Below, one piece after another: positions 1 through 13,921 of a DNA stretch of 64,000 nucleotides. The DNA is from Chrysomallon squamiferum. Its lineage: Eukaryota; Animalia; Mollusca. Positions within the stretch are counted from its first letter, which is position 1; the number at the start of each line of letters is the position of its first letter. The DNA lies in the NCBI GenBank assembly GCA_012295275.1, contig CM022672.1, positions 22,506,001-22,570,000 of the forward strand. The letters run 5' to 3'. The notes under the pieces are model-generated. The model had not been told where the DNA came from. It did no database searches and saw nothing but the letters and a program-made list of their open reading frames with translations. Made by a program: the position numbers and the translations under genes.

Positions 1-342
1 TTCAGTGTCAAATGAAAATATCTAAAAAAAAAAAAAAAAAAGTTATTAAGCATTTCTGTTGACATAGGCAAAAGAAATTAAAAAAATTAAAATATAGTTA
101 CATGTTCTTCTTCATTATAATATGAAGCGTTTAGATTACTACAGCATACTTTTTTCTTTTCTTTTGCATTCGTTAAAAATTATTATGAAAAACATTTTTA
201 CTGGATCTTATTTTTAAACTTCAGCTAACTGTAAAGCTCAAAACTTAGGTGACAGTAAAGTAAATTACAGTAATTTATGCTAAAACTATGCAATAAAAGT
301 TCAAGTCAAAATAAAAACATATAAAAAGTGTTTGAAACTCAC

Positions 343-397
343 CATGTCTCCTTTTTTCTCCTCTCTTTCCCCTTGAGCCAGGAAGACCAGGAATACC
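343..397 (-). CDS. Collagen exon 35 (55 bp as given; apparent 1-bp homopolymer insertion)
   Basis: [15 protein letters not shown][+A]GDM between CAG and GTGAG. Confidence 0.88.
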
Positions 398-1951
398 CTG
401 AAATAACAAACAGATTTTTCTTTACTTATCAGATTGTTCAGCAATAATATCAGGTAGAATTTCATCAGAATAAAACCTGCTGCTGTCTTTATATTTAATG
501 AACAATTCACTACGGTCTTGCAGTACTGACAGTTTTACTACTGGATACGAATATTAATAATTAAATATAATTTATATTAAAAACTAATAAATTAAATATA
601 AATAAATACATATATATGGTTAACTTGATCACTGATTTGCATAAATTATTAAATCATTAACAAAATTATCTAAATTAATCAGTAATGATCTGATTATTAA
701 TAGTGTCGGATTGAGCCAATGACAAAAAATACTAAAACCTTGAGCTCTTAAATGATTATTAACCCTTAGGATCTCACTGACCTCTCCATTGTGACCATTA
801 TCCAAATTCATTGTTTACTTCCAGTTTACAATCATTATTGATCTTTTTGCCATTATATACATCACATCCAAAGCTAAGTGTAACTATATATGTTCAAAAA
901 TAACTTAACAAAAAACAAAATTAAAATGTTTATCAATTGCTGACCTGTGTTCCTGGTGGGCCAGCATTTCCTTGTTCACCTTGGGCACCTTTTTCTCCCT
1001 ACAAATAAAATATATATTACGTTTAAATCATTAAAATAGATATACAAGTATATAACACATAACATATACAGCATTTCACTGTTCACCTTGGGCACCTTTA
1101 TCTACCTATAGTCAAATAATATATTGCATTTAAATCATTAAATTAATATAACATATATAATGCAAAATAATAATTAAAAACATTAATTATAAGAAAATTT
1201 ATTGAATTTATTATACAAATTTATATGTAATTTCAAATGCTAAAGTAAATATTAAGCAATTACAGTCTCTTTAAGATCATTACAGATTAAATCAGTATTT
1301 TTAATTATTATGAAAATTAATAAAGTAACCTATTGTACAATACACAAAATCTGGAAAATTCGATTTAAAAAATAAATATTCTAAACATATTGAATTCTGA
1401 AAACATTCTAATTTTAAATAATATATATATATATATATGATTTCAAACTCAGAATGAATATTTATGTATATAGATAGATAGATAGTCAGACAGACAAACA
1501 GATAGATAGATAGTGAAAAAATAATTCTTACTGGTGGTCCAACTTCTCCTTTGCCACCTGGTGTCCCTGGAGAGCCTGGCGTACCCTGGGAAATAAAAAT
1601 GTATGCAACATAAAACAACAAATAACTTATACATATTACATAAATATCAGCAAACTATACACTCAATAATAACAGACTGAAAAAAAAAAATGTCTCAGTG
1701 CTCTGAAAATAAATTATAACTGAAATTGTGATACGGTCTATATCTGACCACTTGCAGTTTTTGTGTCAATTTATCTACAGTTTAATATGATTTTTGTTCT
1801 TTTACAATTGTTTTAATTTTTGTGTTGGTATGATAAACTATTTTAGTTCAATGTGATTAAAAAAATTAAATAAATATATATATATTTTTTTTAAGTAAAC
1901 GTTATAGCTGTATGACAAAAATAATGCCATTAATACAGTTTTCTGTAAAAA

Positions 1952-2006
<55 letters not shown>

Positions 2007-5000
2007 ACATATTAAAAGTGTAAACATACTCTTGGTCCTGGGAATCCTCTTTCTCCTGGAAATCCTTCATGTCCTGGAGGACCAGGTGGCCCTGGGATTC
2101 CTGATGTACCAGCTGGACCCTAGATAAAACAATAAATAAATAAATAAATAAATGTATATAAAAGTAATAGTTATTAGGATGTTAGATGTCAATCAGAAGT
2201 GGGATTTTTTTATATATATATATATTTTAAAAGTTTTGACTATTTGTAATTATAAAATTAAATATTTGTTCAAAATTTCATCTTTTATATGACAACAAAA
2301 ACAAAATTGTACAGTAATAATTAAGCAGATAAAGAGAAAGAAATGAAATAAAAATTTACCAAACTATTTGTATAAAAAATAAAGGTTAGAAAATGTATTT
2401 ACTTAAAATTTCTTTATTCTTCTCTTTCTTTTTCTTATGATTATCATTTTCATCATTATTTTTTTATTATATTTAAAGAAATAATTTATCTTTAAGAGGA
2501 TATCTGTCAAATATGCTATAAATGATATATTTTATTAATTCACATCAAAGTAAACACAACACAACTCACTGGAGGTCCAGTTTTTCCCATTGGTCCTGGT
2601 AGTCCAGTATCACCAGGTGGTCCCTAAAACAAGAATCAGATTGAATACAGTTTCTTTTCCTATAAAATACTAATATAAAAATAGAACCTGCTATTGACAT
2701 CAACCATGCCATTTCAGTTATTACAAATACAAGTATAATCATATTAAGAATAAAGTAACTTTTAAACGCCTGTTATACATATACATATATACATACATAT
2801 ATACATACATACATACGTATATACATTTATTTATTTATTTATTTATTTATGTGTGTGTGTGTGTTTTGTCACTAATGTTTAGACAGTTGCATATATGTAA
2901 AATTCAGTGTTTTATGGAATTCATTCTAAGTATATGAGTCAAAGAATAGAAATATAGTTATATATAAAATAAATAAATAATAAATAAATAAATAAATAAA
3001 GTGTTTAATACTCACAGGATTTCCTGGTACACCTCTATCTCCTGGTTGTCCTGGTTCTCCATTTATTCCCTAATAAAAATATAATTTAAATATTTAAGTT
3101 AATTTCGTTTTCATTTTTTTCTGGGTTTTTTTCTGGGGGTTTTCTGGCTTTCTTCTCTATGGCAGTAAAAGGAAAGATGTATAATTAAACAAGTATGGTT
3201 TAATGAAAAATTCATATTTTCAAGATAACCAGTTTCAGTTTTTCATTCTTTTAACACACATATAAAATGTACAAAGTTGTTGTTTTTTTTCATCTTTTTT
3301 CCTTTGTGACCATAACAAACATGTTTGAAGACTGTGCATTTTAATTAAGATTAAGGCATGAAAATTAATTAAACTATTATACAATTAAATTTTTTTTAAA
3401 TTTCATATGAAGTTATAATCTAATGTGATATATATATATATATAAAACTTACAGCAGGTCCCATAACACCAATTGGGCCAGATGGACCTGGAGGTCCTGG
3501 GAGACCCTAAAAGAAGAATAAAATAATTAATGATACTGAAAAATAAAGCATTAAAATACAATTTGAAAAAAAAAGAATAATCCCTATAATGTGACACACA
3601 AACACAGACACATACTCATACAAATACACAAGCATATGCACTTTATTTGTCAGTTAAATATGGTTAGTTCAGTATTTCTGATGTGTTAAATGTGATAAGT
3701 TAAGAAAGACTGATGTGTTAAATGTGATAAATTCGGTATTTTGATTTGTTAAATGTGATAAGTTCAGAATGTCTGATGTTTTAAATGTGTTAAATGTGAT
3801 CAGTCCAGTATGTCTGCTGTGTTAAATGTGATAAGTTCAGTATACCTGTTATGTTAAATGTGATAAGTTCAGAATGTTTGTTATGTTTATGTTAAGCTGC
3901 CATTGACATCATTTACTTACTGGTTCACCACGATCACCATTCAAACCTGGAAATCCGTCTTTGCCTGGCAAACCCTGTCAAGAAAAATTGAAATATTAGT
4001 GTTAAAGGTATAATTATCATTTTTATTTTTAAAAAAGATAATAAAAATTTATAACAGTATTCATAAATTTGTTCATAATAGGTAGATCCAACCAGTAACA
4101 ACCAAAGAAATTCATTTTCTGAAAATTTTCTGAATACGATTATTTCGAATCTTTCTTGAATATCTTCAAGGATTACTGATAATAACTGAACATAAAAATA
4201 TTATTTTAATGTCAGCAATTCTACTATAAATAATCAGTTTTAAAGAAGCAATTAACCAATGAAACTTGCAATAATATTCTTCTAAACATTTTCTTTTAAT
4301 AATAAAAAAAACTTACTGGTCCTCCTGGGGGTCCTGCAACTCCTGGTGGTCCTTGCAGACCCTGAATACCTGGTTCACCTTGGAATCCTGGTGGTCCACT
4401 TTGACCTGGTTCACCTTTAGGTCCAAATGGACCAGGGATACCCTGTTTACCTCTCTCTCCTCTTTGTCCCTGAATTTAAAATTAAACAGAATTTGTTTAA
4501 GAACAACATATCAAAACATTTTGTTATTGTTAACATAGGCACAAATACATACACACACCCTCTGAGTAAGCATTTAATAGAAAGTTGTTCCAAAATAATA
4601 CACATTATTTTAATTCAGAATAAATTAAATATTTTATGTTAAAGAAATACACATACTCATTATTGATTCAGTTGATAAACATTTAGATAAACTATGAAAT
4701 AATTAAAAGTGTTTGGAATAAAATAAATGAAATTATTATTTATTTAAGAAACATAAATTCTCATTATTCATTCTATTGACAGATATTCAGATACTGAGAT
4801 AATCACAAATTTTTTATATATAATAAAAAAATCTGAATTATGTATTAAAGATATATATATACCCTCATTCCTGGTTCTCCCCTCTCTCCAATTTGACCTG
4901 GCAAACCCTGTTATTAAAAAGAAAAGAAGAATTATTTTTTTAAAGTAAGTACAGTTTATTATATACAATAGAATTTGTATGAATAGTATCTAAAAATCAG

Positions 5001-8000
5001 TAAACTCTAAGAACTCTTAGCAAAAAAGATCAGATAGAATCTGAGACATTATGTATAATATACATATATTATAAATTTATCTCCTTCAAACTGATTTAAA
5101 TACATATTGTTAAAAAAAAATGTTTAACTCTTTTAAAAAAATTAGTTTATTTAATAAAATCTGATTTGATATATATATATATTTAAATCATGAAAGATAT
5201 ATGAAATTAGATTTTAATAAATAACCAAAATATTTTATAAGAATTTATACATTTATTTTATAGATTTGTTAATAAGTCAATTTAAATGAAATAAATTTAT
5301 TTTTTAAAAACACCTAAATTACGAGAAATTTGCAGAATGGCACATTATAGTTATTAATAGTATGATTATTAAAGAATGCAATTATGATATAAAATAAAAT
5401 AAAAATAAAACATTGCTGACACTCTATGGATAAAAAATGATCCACAATATAAATTTTTTAACTTTGATTTTAAAAGATTTCATTTAAAGGAAGAAAAATA
5501 ATAAAACTTGAAATTTTTAATTTTAGTTTTAAAAGTATAGTGTTTACTGAAAATTATTACATAAACAAATACTTCTTAATTTTGATTTTAAAAGATAGCA
5601 TTTACTGGAAATAAATCTTTAATGTCTTGATTTTGTATTTAAATGAATATCTAGTGGATATAATGAATACATGTTGAATATCTTGATTTTGATTTTTAAA
5701 AGATAGCATCTACTGGATTTAAAGATAAAAAGATATAAAACTTGGTTTTCTCAATTTTGATTTTTACTGGATATAAAACATAAAATTTAAATTTTGATTT
5801 TAAAAGCTAGTTTTCAATGCCTGTAGTAAGGTGTAGTAAAACATACAGGTTTTCCTCGACCACCTCTTCTTCCTCGTCTGCCGTTGCGACCTCTGCTACC
5901 CTAAAAATATATTATATACACTTTACATATCTAGTTATATATAATATATAAGGTTAAATTAATTTTTAAAATTATATTTACTATTGCTTCTCTAAAAATA
6001 TATTATATATATTTTACATATCTAGTTATATATAAAATATAATTATAAAATTATTAATTTTTTATTATATTTTTAATGAACTATAAATTACACTATTTCT
6101 GTTGCTTCCCTAAACATATATATATTATGACTTTACAAATAAATTTATTACATGGATCTATATTATTCCTTTTAAGTCTATAAATAAGTAGATTTGTCTT
6201 CACGGTAAAGTTTATTTATCAGTTACTACTACTACTACTACTACTACTAATAATAATAATAATATAATAAGTAATAAATAAAAAGTAAATAAGTAATTAC
6301 CTTCTCTCCTATAGGACCTGGATATCCTGGGAAACCAGGAATGCCAATCCTGCCCTGAAAAAAAAAATAATAATAATTTAGTATATATTCTTACAGGCAA
6401 CTGGAATATTAACTTCATCTTTATATATTTAACCAATCACTATTTTCTGTAAAAATCTACTTCATTAGTTTTATCTTTCATGCTTATGTCAGAATTAAAG
6501 CATTTATAAAATACCTAGTATGAATATCATGATCATCATCATTTAAATATTATGGCTGTCATTTTCATTATCATAATAATCATCATTATTTCATATAGTA
6601 ATTGCTATCATCATTATAATCATAAACATTTCAGTATCATAGTTGTCATTATCTTTTCAGTATAATAATAATTATCACAATTATCATCATAATCATTTCA
6701 CAATTATAAATGCATCATCATTATCATCTTTGTTAGTGTCACAACTTTCATTACAGTTATCATCATTATCATCTTAATAATTTCAAGCATATTCAAAATA
6801 ATCATTTCATTGATCATCATCATCGCAGTCTAATCATTGCTTAAATGAATGATTTCTCACCTTTTCTCCAGGTGGTCCAGGTATTCCACTTTCACCAGGA
6901 GGACCATAGTCTCCTTTAGCTCCTTCAATACCCTCAGGACCCATGGGACCTTGTACTCCTTTTAAACCTTTGTCTCCTTTGGCTCCATAGGCTCCTGGAG
7001 CACCATCAGCACCTGGTGCTCCCTTGAAAATAAATAATAATGTTTACAATAGTGTATTTTTGATTCACTAATATATAACATACATATTAGTGAATCAACA
7101 ATATACACACATGCATATATAAATACAGTTCATTGTTTTTAATTAGAGAGAATCAGAGAAAAAGAAAGTGAGAGAAAGAGAGAAAGCTTGTGATTCAGAA
7201 AATGTCTGAATGAGAGAAAGAGAACTGGTATATGTGGAAAAAAAGGGAGATAAATATAGTAAAAAGGTCATAGAAAAATATTATTTGATTCATAATAAAC
7301 AAGATATCAAATGAAAATGGATTTCGAAAGCTATATTACACTGATATATGTAAAAAATCATTTGATTAATGTTTATTTTTGATATATAAGGCATTATACA
7401 TCTCGTTAAACAATAACAATAAAAAAAAAAACATTATAACATAAATAAATTGTCGTATTATATGAATAATGATATCATGTTGTTATTATAAACACAAATT
7501 AATATTAGTGTACTGGAAGTTTTGTTCACCTTGTCTCCTTTTTCACCAAACGGTCCTCTTGGTCCACTGTCACCCTTTAAAAAATATAAGAATAAAAATT
7601 AATTAAACAGTTAATTAGGAACCTATATATTTTCTTTACATAAAATAACTTTTGCAATATTGGCAAACCGATAAATGTACATATCCTATAGTCCATTTTA
7701 ATGAGATGTATGTTAGAACTCCAATTTTGTAAATTGTCACAAAAAATATAAGTAAAAAAAACAGCAAAACATAAATAAATTGTGAGCTTTTATTTTGCAG
7801 CTATATGATTTTTTTCATAAAAATTACAAAATAAAGAATAGAAAAGTGTATGTAAGTGTAAAACATCAAATAATCTTTAATTATCACAATTATAAAACAA
7901 TACCATTGTAAACACTGGTATGCAACAAATCAGTATGACAAAGTGATGCTATGACATTAAATAAAATTATACTTATTAATGCATAAAAACAATCCTATGA

Positions 8001-9372
8001 TAATAAGAAATTCTATTATGTTATACTGCATTACATTGAATTGTTATATTACATTTCAATATATTATTATTACATTATATGATAGACATTATATTACACT
8101 ACATTACATTGTGTTACGGTACATTACATTATTTTCAATTTTAAAGAAAGTCAGAATAATAATTTTATAATTTACTTACTTTAATACCACGAGTACCTGG
8201 GTATCCAATTACACCTTGAAGACCCATAGGACCCTAGAAATACAATGAGGAGTTTAATTTATTATTATTGAATAACAAAGGATAAAATCTGAAGAATTAT
8301 TAATGGAAACAAAAATAACAAGTGTACAGTTTAATAAAATAGTAATGAGAAAAATTAATTTATTCAATCAAAGTTACTTGGTGATGAAGATGATGAAAGT
8401 ACCAACTTGTTTCTTGATTTAAAATAATCATTATTGAGAAATATAAAGAATGAGTAATTATCAAATGAGAAAATGAAAGACTCAGTGAATGAAATCAAAG
8501 ATGAAACATAACAATTAAATAATAGAAAAATTAAAAATAAAATTTAAAAAAATTATTAAATTTCTTACTGTGTCTCCTTTCTGACCAGGTGCTCCATCAG
8601 CTCCAGGCAGTCCCTAAAATGGGGGAAAAAAACACATCACAATTTGGTCAAACATTATTATCCTCTAATATCAGTCTTTATTATCATTTAACAACAATTA
8701 TTATCATTATCTAACCAAAACCATTAATATTGTCTAACCATAACAATAATTATTGTTTTACCACTACCGTTATCATCTCAAAATAATTGTCATTTAACCA
8801 CAACCATCATACTATTTAACCATAATAATTACAGATCACTTACCTGAGAAAAATATACATTCAGATCATTATACATAAAACACACAAAATAACACACATT
8901 TAGATCTCACATAACAAATAAATACATACATTAGACAGCCAAATGAAAGAGAACTCTACCATATTTAAATATGAAGATCTTGTAAGCCATTTATTTCACT
9001 CACTACCCTGTTTGCCATGTTATCCTATGATCTCACAGTGTTGTTTGGATCCTGATTTGGTATATATATATTATCTAAAAGCAAGAAGACACTCTACAGA
9101 CTGACTGACGTCAAAAACAAGAAGAAATGTTACTTACAGGTGCTCCTAAAGAACCAGGTGCACCTGGTAATCCAGGTTTTCCAACAGATCCTGGTATTCC
9201 TGCTGGTCCAATATTACCAACTGGTCCAGGAGGCCCCTGAAATGGAAACATGAATATGTGAGTGGCTTGATAAGGTAAGGTTAAACTTGATCATAGATTT
9301 TTAATAAATATATTAGCCAACATTTTTGTTATAAATAATATATTAGAATATTGAATGTAATTTTAAAAGAAG

Positions 9373-9420
<48 letters not shown>

Positions 9421-12400
9421 CCTTACTGACAATAATGTATTATGTTAAAAATGTGTAAATTTTTACATTTGTATAGTAAGGAATATATACACAGAGGCAG
9501 ACATATACATACACACATATTAATCAATATATGTTTAATTAAATATGTTCATTATCATCTCAGCTATAGATATAAATACTTACAGGTGGTCCTGGGGCAC
9601 CAGGATTTCCTGGAGGACCAGGTGGTCCTGATGGTCCCTGAAATATTATTTCAAAGATTAATGAAAAATAATGAAACAGAAGTAACTACTGATGAAATAA
9701 CAGTTTAAAAAATAATAATAATAAATTAAATAAATAAAATGAAAGAAATGTAAAATAAGATGGTGTTAGAATCTAGAACCAAAAAAAAAAAAATTAAAAA
9801 TTACTGAATAAAAGCAAATTTTACCAAAATTTATATTAATTGTTAAACATATTAGGTATCAGTCATTATTTTTATAATAATAATATTAATAATAATAATA
9901 ATAATAATTATTATTATTATTATTATTATTATCATTATTATTATTGTTATTCATCAGGATAACAACATCACACCTTAAACAGTTCTGATTGATTTACAAA
10001 ACAACAACAAAAACATTAATCAGCTTGTAATAAATGAGAAATGTGCACTGATTGGAATGGAATATTACTCAAAGAGGTTTGTTCTTTGTGATCAACAAAA
10101 TCCCAGGCCAATTATCATTGAAGAAGTAAACAATTGAAGAAAATTTTAACAAACTCACTGGATTTCCTTTTGGACCATCAGAACCTTCATTTCCTGGCAA
10201 ACCCTGAAAGAATACAAATGGAAAATTAATTACTAATTAACATTAAATACGGTTTCCATTAAACAGTTTAAGTGCTAAGAAAGAATCTGAAAAAAAATTC
10301 TATTTTAAAAGCACAAAAATAACATTTAATTAAAATAATCTTAAAATTATGATAACCATTGCAATGTTTTTAATTCGATAATTTGTGACTAATTATTATC
10401 ATATCTTTGTGATATTTTAAAATTCACATGAGCACATTTAGTATTATTGTTATCATGATTATTAATATCATCTATCATCATCATGATTATTATATTATTA
10501 TTATTATTATTATTATTATATCATTATTATTATTATTGTTATTGTTATTATTATATTATTATTATTATTATTATTATATTTACAGGTGGGCCAACAGATC
10601 CTGCTCTTCCTCTTGGTCCCATAAATCCACGAATTCCCTGTAAAACAGTGAATCAGTTTATTACAAAAATATTTTTAAATATATAAGAAAATAACTAAAG
10701 AATAATCAAAATAATCATTAGGAAACACCCTTACACACATTCATACACCTAAAAACATACAGACAAACAAATATATAGAAAATACAGACACATACACAAA
10801 CACACACACACATGCACATACATACAGAAACTTTTGTAAATGCATTTAAATTTAAACTGTTTTTCCAAAACTACTAAATTTTGAAATCTATGTCCAGAAA
10901 TAAATAAATATATACTAAAGTTCTTGAATATTGATTTATATACTTTAAAGTTAACAAAGAAAACAAAACTTTACCGGTTCACCTTGGGGTCCTGGTGGAC
11001 CTGGTTCTCCTGGATCTCCCTGAAAAATAAAATAAATAAACAAAGTTTAAATACATAGCTGATGAATTTTCAGGGTTTTTTAATAAGGAAAAATACCGTA
11101 GTCTCAGAGACAACAGAAAATATAACAATGTTCCGATAATGTTATTAATTTCTGATTGTTGGCATTGGAATATCATAATTTGATAACTTAAAAACAATTT
11201 TCCAAAAGATTTAAAAAAATTTTCCCATTTAGTTACATAGAAATTGTATATTCTTTTTCTGGGATGGAAATATTATGTGATATGATAAATTCAATATAAA
11301 AATTTAACTTTTTTTAGGGTTGTAGTATATAAATAATATTCTTATTACAAAAAATCTGAAGATCCATGTGTATAGCAGTATATATCTATATCTGTATTTG
11401 TACGTGTATATGTGAGTGTGTGTGTGTATGTGTGTGTGTGTATGGAAATTTGTTTTGATAACTTATTTACATTTATATGAGGCAAAAATAATTTAATTAT
11501 ACACTTAGAAAGCAGACATGAATTATGACAATAAGAAAATTACTAACCTGGTCACCTTCAGGCCCCATCGGTCCTATCTGACCTGGGCTTCCAGTTAATC
11601 CCTGCAATATATTAAAAACTAACATTAACATTTTCAAACTCTATTTCATTGTTAATTACCTGCAATTTCTCAAGACACATTTACAAGCAATTAGAATGCA
11701 AAAATTATTTTTTTTATTTATTTTTTTTTTTTATAAGAACATACAGTAGTTTTAATAAAAAAAAATGTTGATACTGTTATGTCGTTTTTTGTTCACAAGT
11801 ATGATTATTTCAACTGACTATTTCTAATTTATAAACAACACTTTCGTTATCTTTATTTATAAAGATATTTTCCAATAACATGCCCTTTTTCTCCACCATA
11901 ACCTCCATAAAATGTTGATATATCCCAACGTAAACGTCTGTATTTAACATATCTTCTTACCCTGTGGCCCTTTGGTCCAGGAAGTCCTTGAAGTCCAGGG
12001 AACCCTGGGATACCTTTTTCTCCTGGTGGACCCATCATTCCACGTTGTCCATCATGACCTGGTTTACCCTGAAAATTTAAGCATTATAAAAGTAATTATT
12101 AAAAACAAAAAGAAGAAGGTTCTTAATATTGTATTATCTAATAAAACTGAAAATGTTAAACTAATCTAAAAACTATTCTTTTTATGTTGTATGGAAATAT
12201 AACTTTAAAAGTAAAATAATTTACATAAGCCCAAATATTAATTTATAGCTGATTTAAGTGATTATCTCTCACCATCAACAAATGGTCCAAAATTAAATAA
12301 ACATAATTATTATTTATTAAAATGATAATCTGAAGTAAAAATATTATTATTTACAATAAACATAATGTCCAGTGGGAACTGTTCTATTAATATTTGTTAA

Positions 12401-13882
12401 ATTGTTGCTAATTAGAAAAATAATAAATAAATAAATAAAAATAAAAAAGAATATCTTACCCTTTTACCAATAGGTCCTGGAGGTCCTGGCATTCCCATAG
12501 GACCAGTTGGTCCCTGAAGAGGAAATAAATTAAAAATAATTATAATCACGTACAACATTTTCTTAAAATCTTTCTCATAAGTTATAAATGAATTTTTCAG
12601 TAAGAAAATAATTTTTCACACAAAGTAAAGTTTATTAATAATAACTCAACATGTTGGTTTCAACTGAGTTATTTGTATTAAAATTATATTGAATTATATT
12701 CAAGTTTGATTTTGATTTCTTCTAGCTATGTTAAGTTACAGAAGAAAAAAAACAATAAAAAAAACATAGGGAAAGAAGGAAAAAAGAAAGAAAAGAAAAA
12801 AGAAAAGTCATATATCTTATTAACTTGTTTATTACCTGTTCACCCGGGTTTCCAATGTCTCCCTTCTCTCCATCAGGACCCATAGGACCCTAAAAATAAA
12901 AATACTACCTCTTACCAATATTTCATATCTCTTATTGATATAATTAAATAAAATGTTTCAATATAATTTTGTATCTTGTTTTGATAGAATTAATTAAATT
13001 ATTTCATATCTCACATTTATATAATTAAATAAAATCGCCAAATATAAATAATTTAGAACTATTAAAAAAAAATGAACATAAATCTTTTTTAGTCAGTGAC
13101 CTATTAATAGTAATATATATTTGAACCATTTAATATAAATATGAGATTTTAAAATATAATATAAAAATTAAAAATCATTCCACAGAATATATATATATGT
13201 ATGTATGTGTGTGTATATGTGTGTATGTATGTATGTATGTATGTATGTATGTACATATGTATGTATCTATATATACACACACATATATAATTAAAAATAG
13301 CTAAATATATAAAATGCATATTAAAAGTAAACTTTAATATTTAAATTAGTAATATTATAGTGTAGTTCTCTTGTAAGATATGTAATTTAATCTGGGACAA
13401 TAAAGATTTACTTACAGTGCGTCCTGTTAAACCAGTCATTCCCTGTGGCCCTTGGGCTCCTCTCATTGCAAGCTAGAAACAGAAAACAAATATTTTTTTA
13501 ATATTAATAAGAAACTAAATACAAACAGAAAACAAATAGTATTTGTAATTGGTTAATCAAAACTTAATTCTTAAAAATTTGTTTGCTTTCATTTGCAAAC
13601 ATATCATTTGTTTAAGGCTTTCAGTTACAGTGTCAGTTTAATCATTTCAAATGTGCTGAATTAAGAGTTTTATTGCATGAATTTTAAAGCTTGTCATATT
13701 CTGATATAAAAACTATTTAAAGGTTTTACCGTGTTATGTCTATGACTCACCATGTGCTGTGTAATTTGCACAACTCACCCTGTGCTGTGTTATTTGAAAA
13801 ACTCACCATGTGCTGTGCCAACATTGTTCTAAACTGCTGAGCTTGATTTTCACCAGCTTTTGTTCCAGCCTGGTTCAGCTAC

Positions 13883-13921
<39 letters not shown>

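Noticed and set aside
3453-3470. GVMG resembling the GVMGFO DDR/vWF/SPARC site
   Set aside because: It reads GVMGPA; the critical Phe is absent
11853-11960. ORF read-through past exon 13 containing [10 protein letters not shown]
   Set aside because: Lies beyond a strong GTAAG donor and is not in Gly-X-Y register; most likely chance intron read-through
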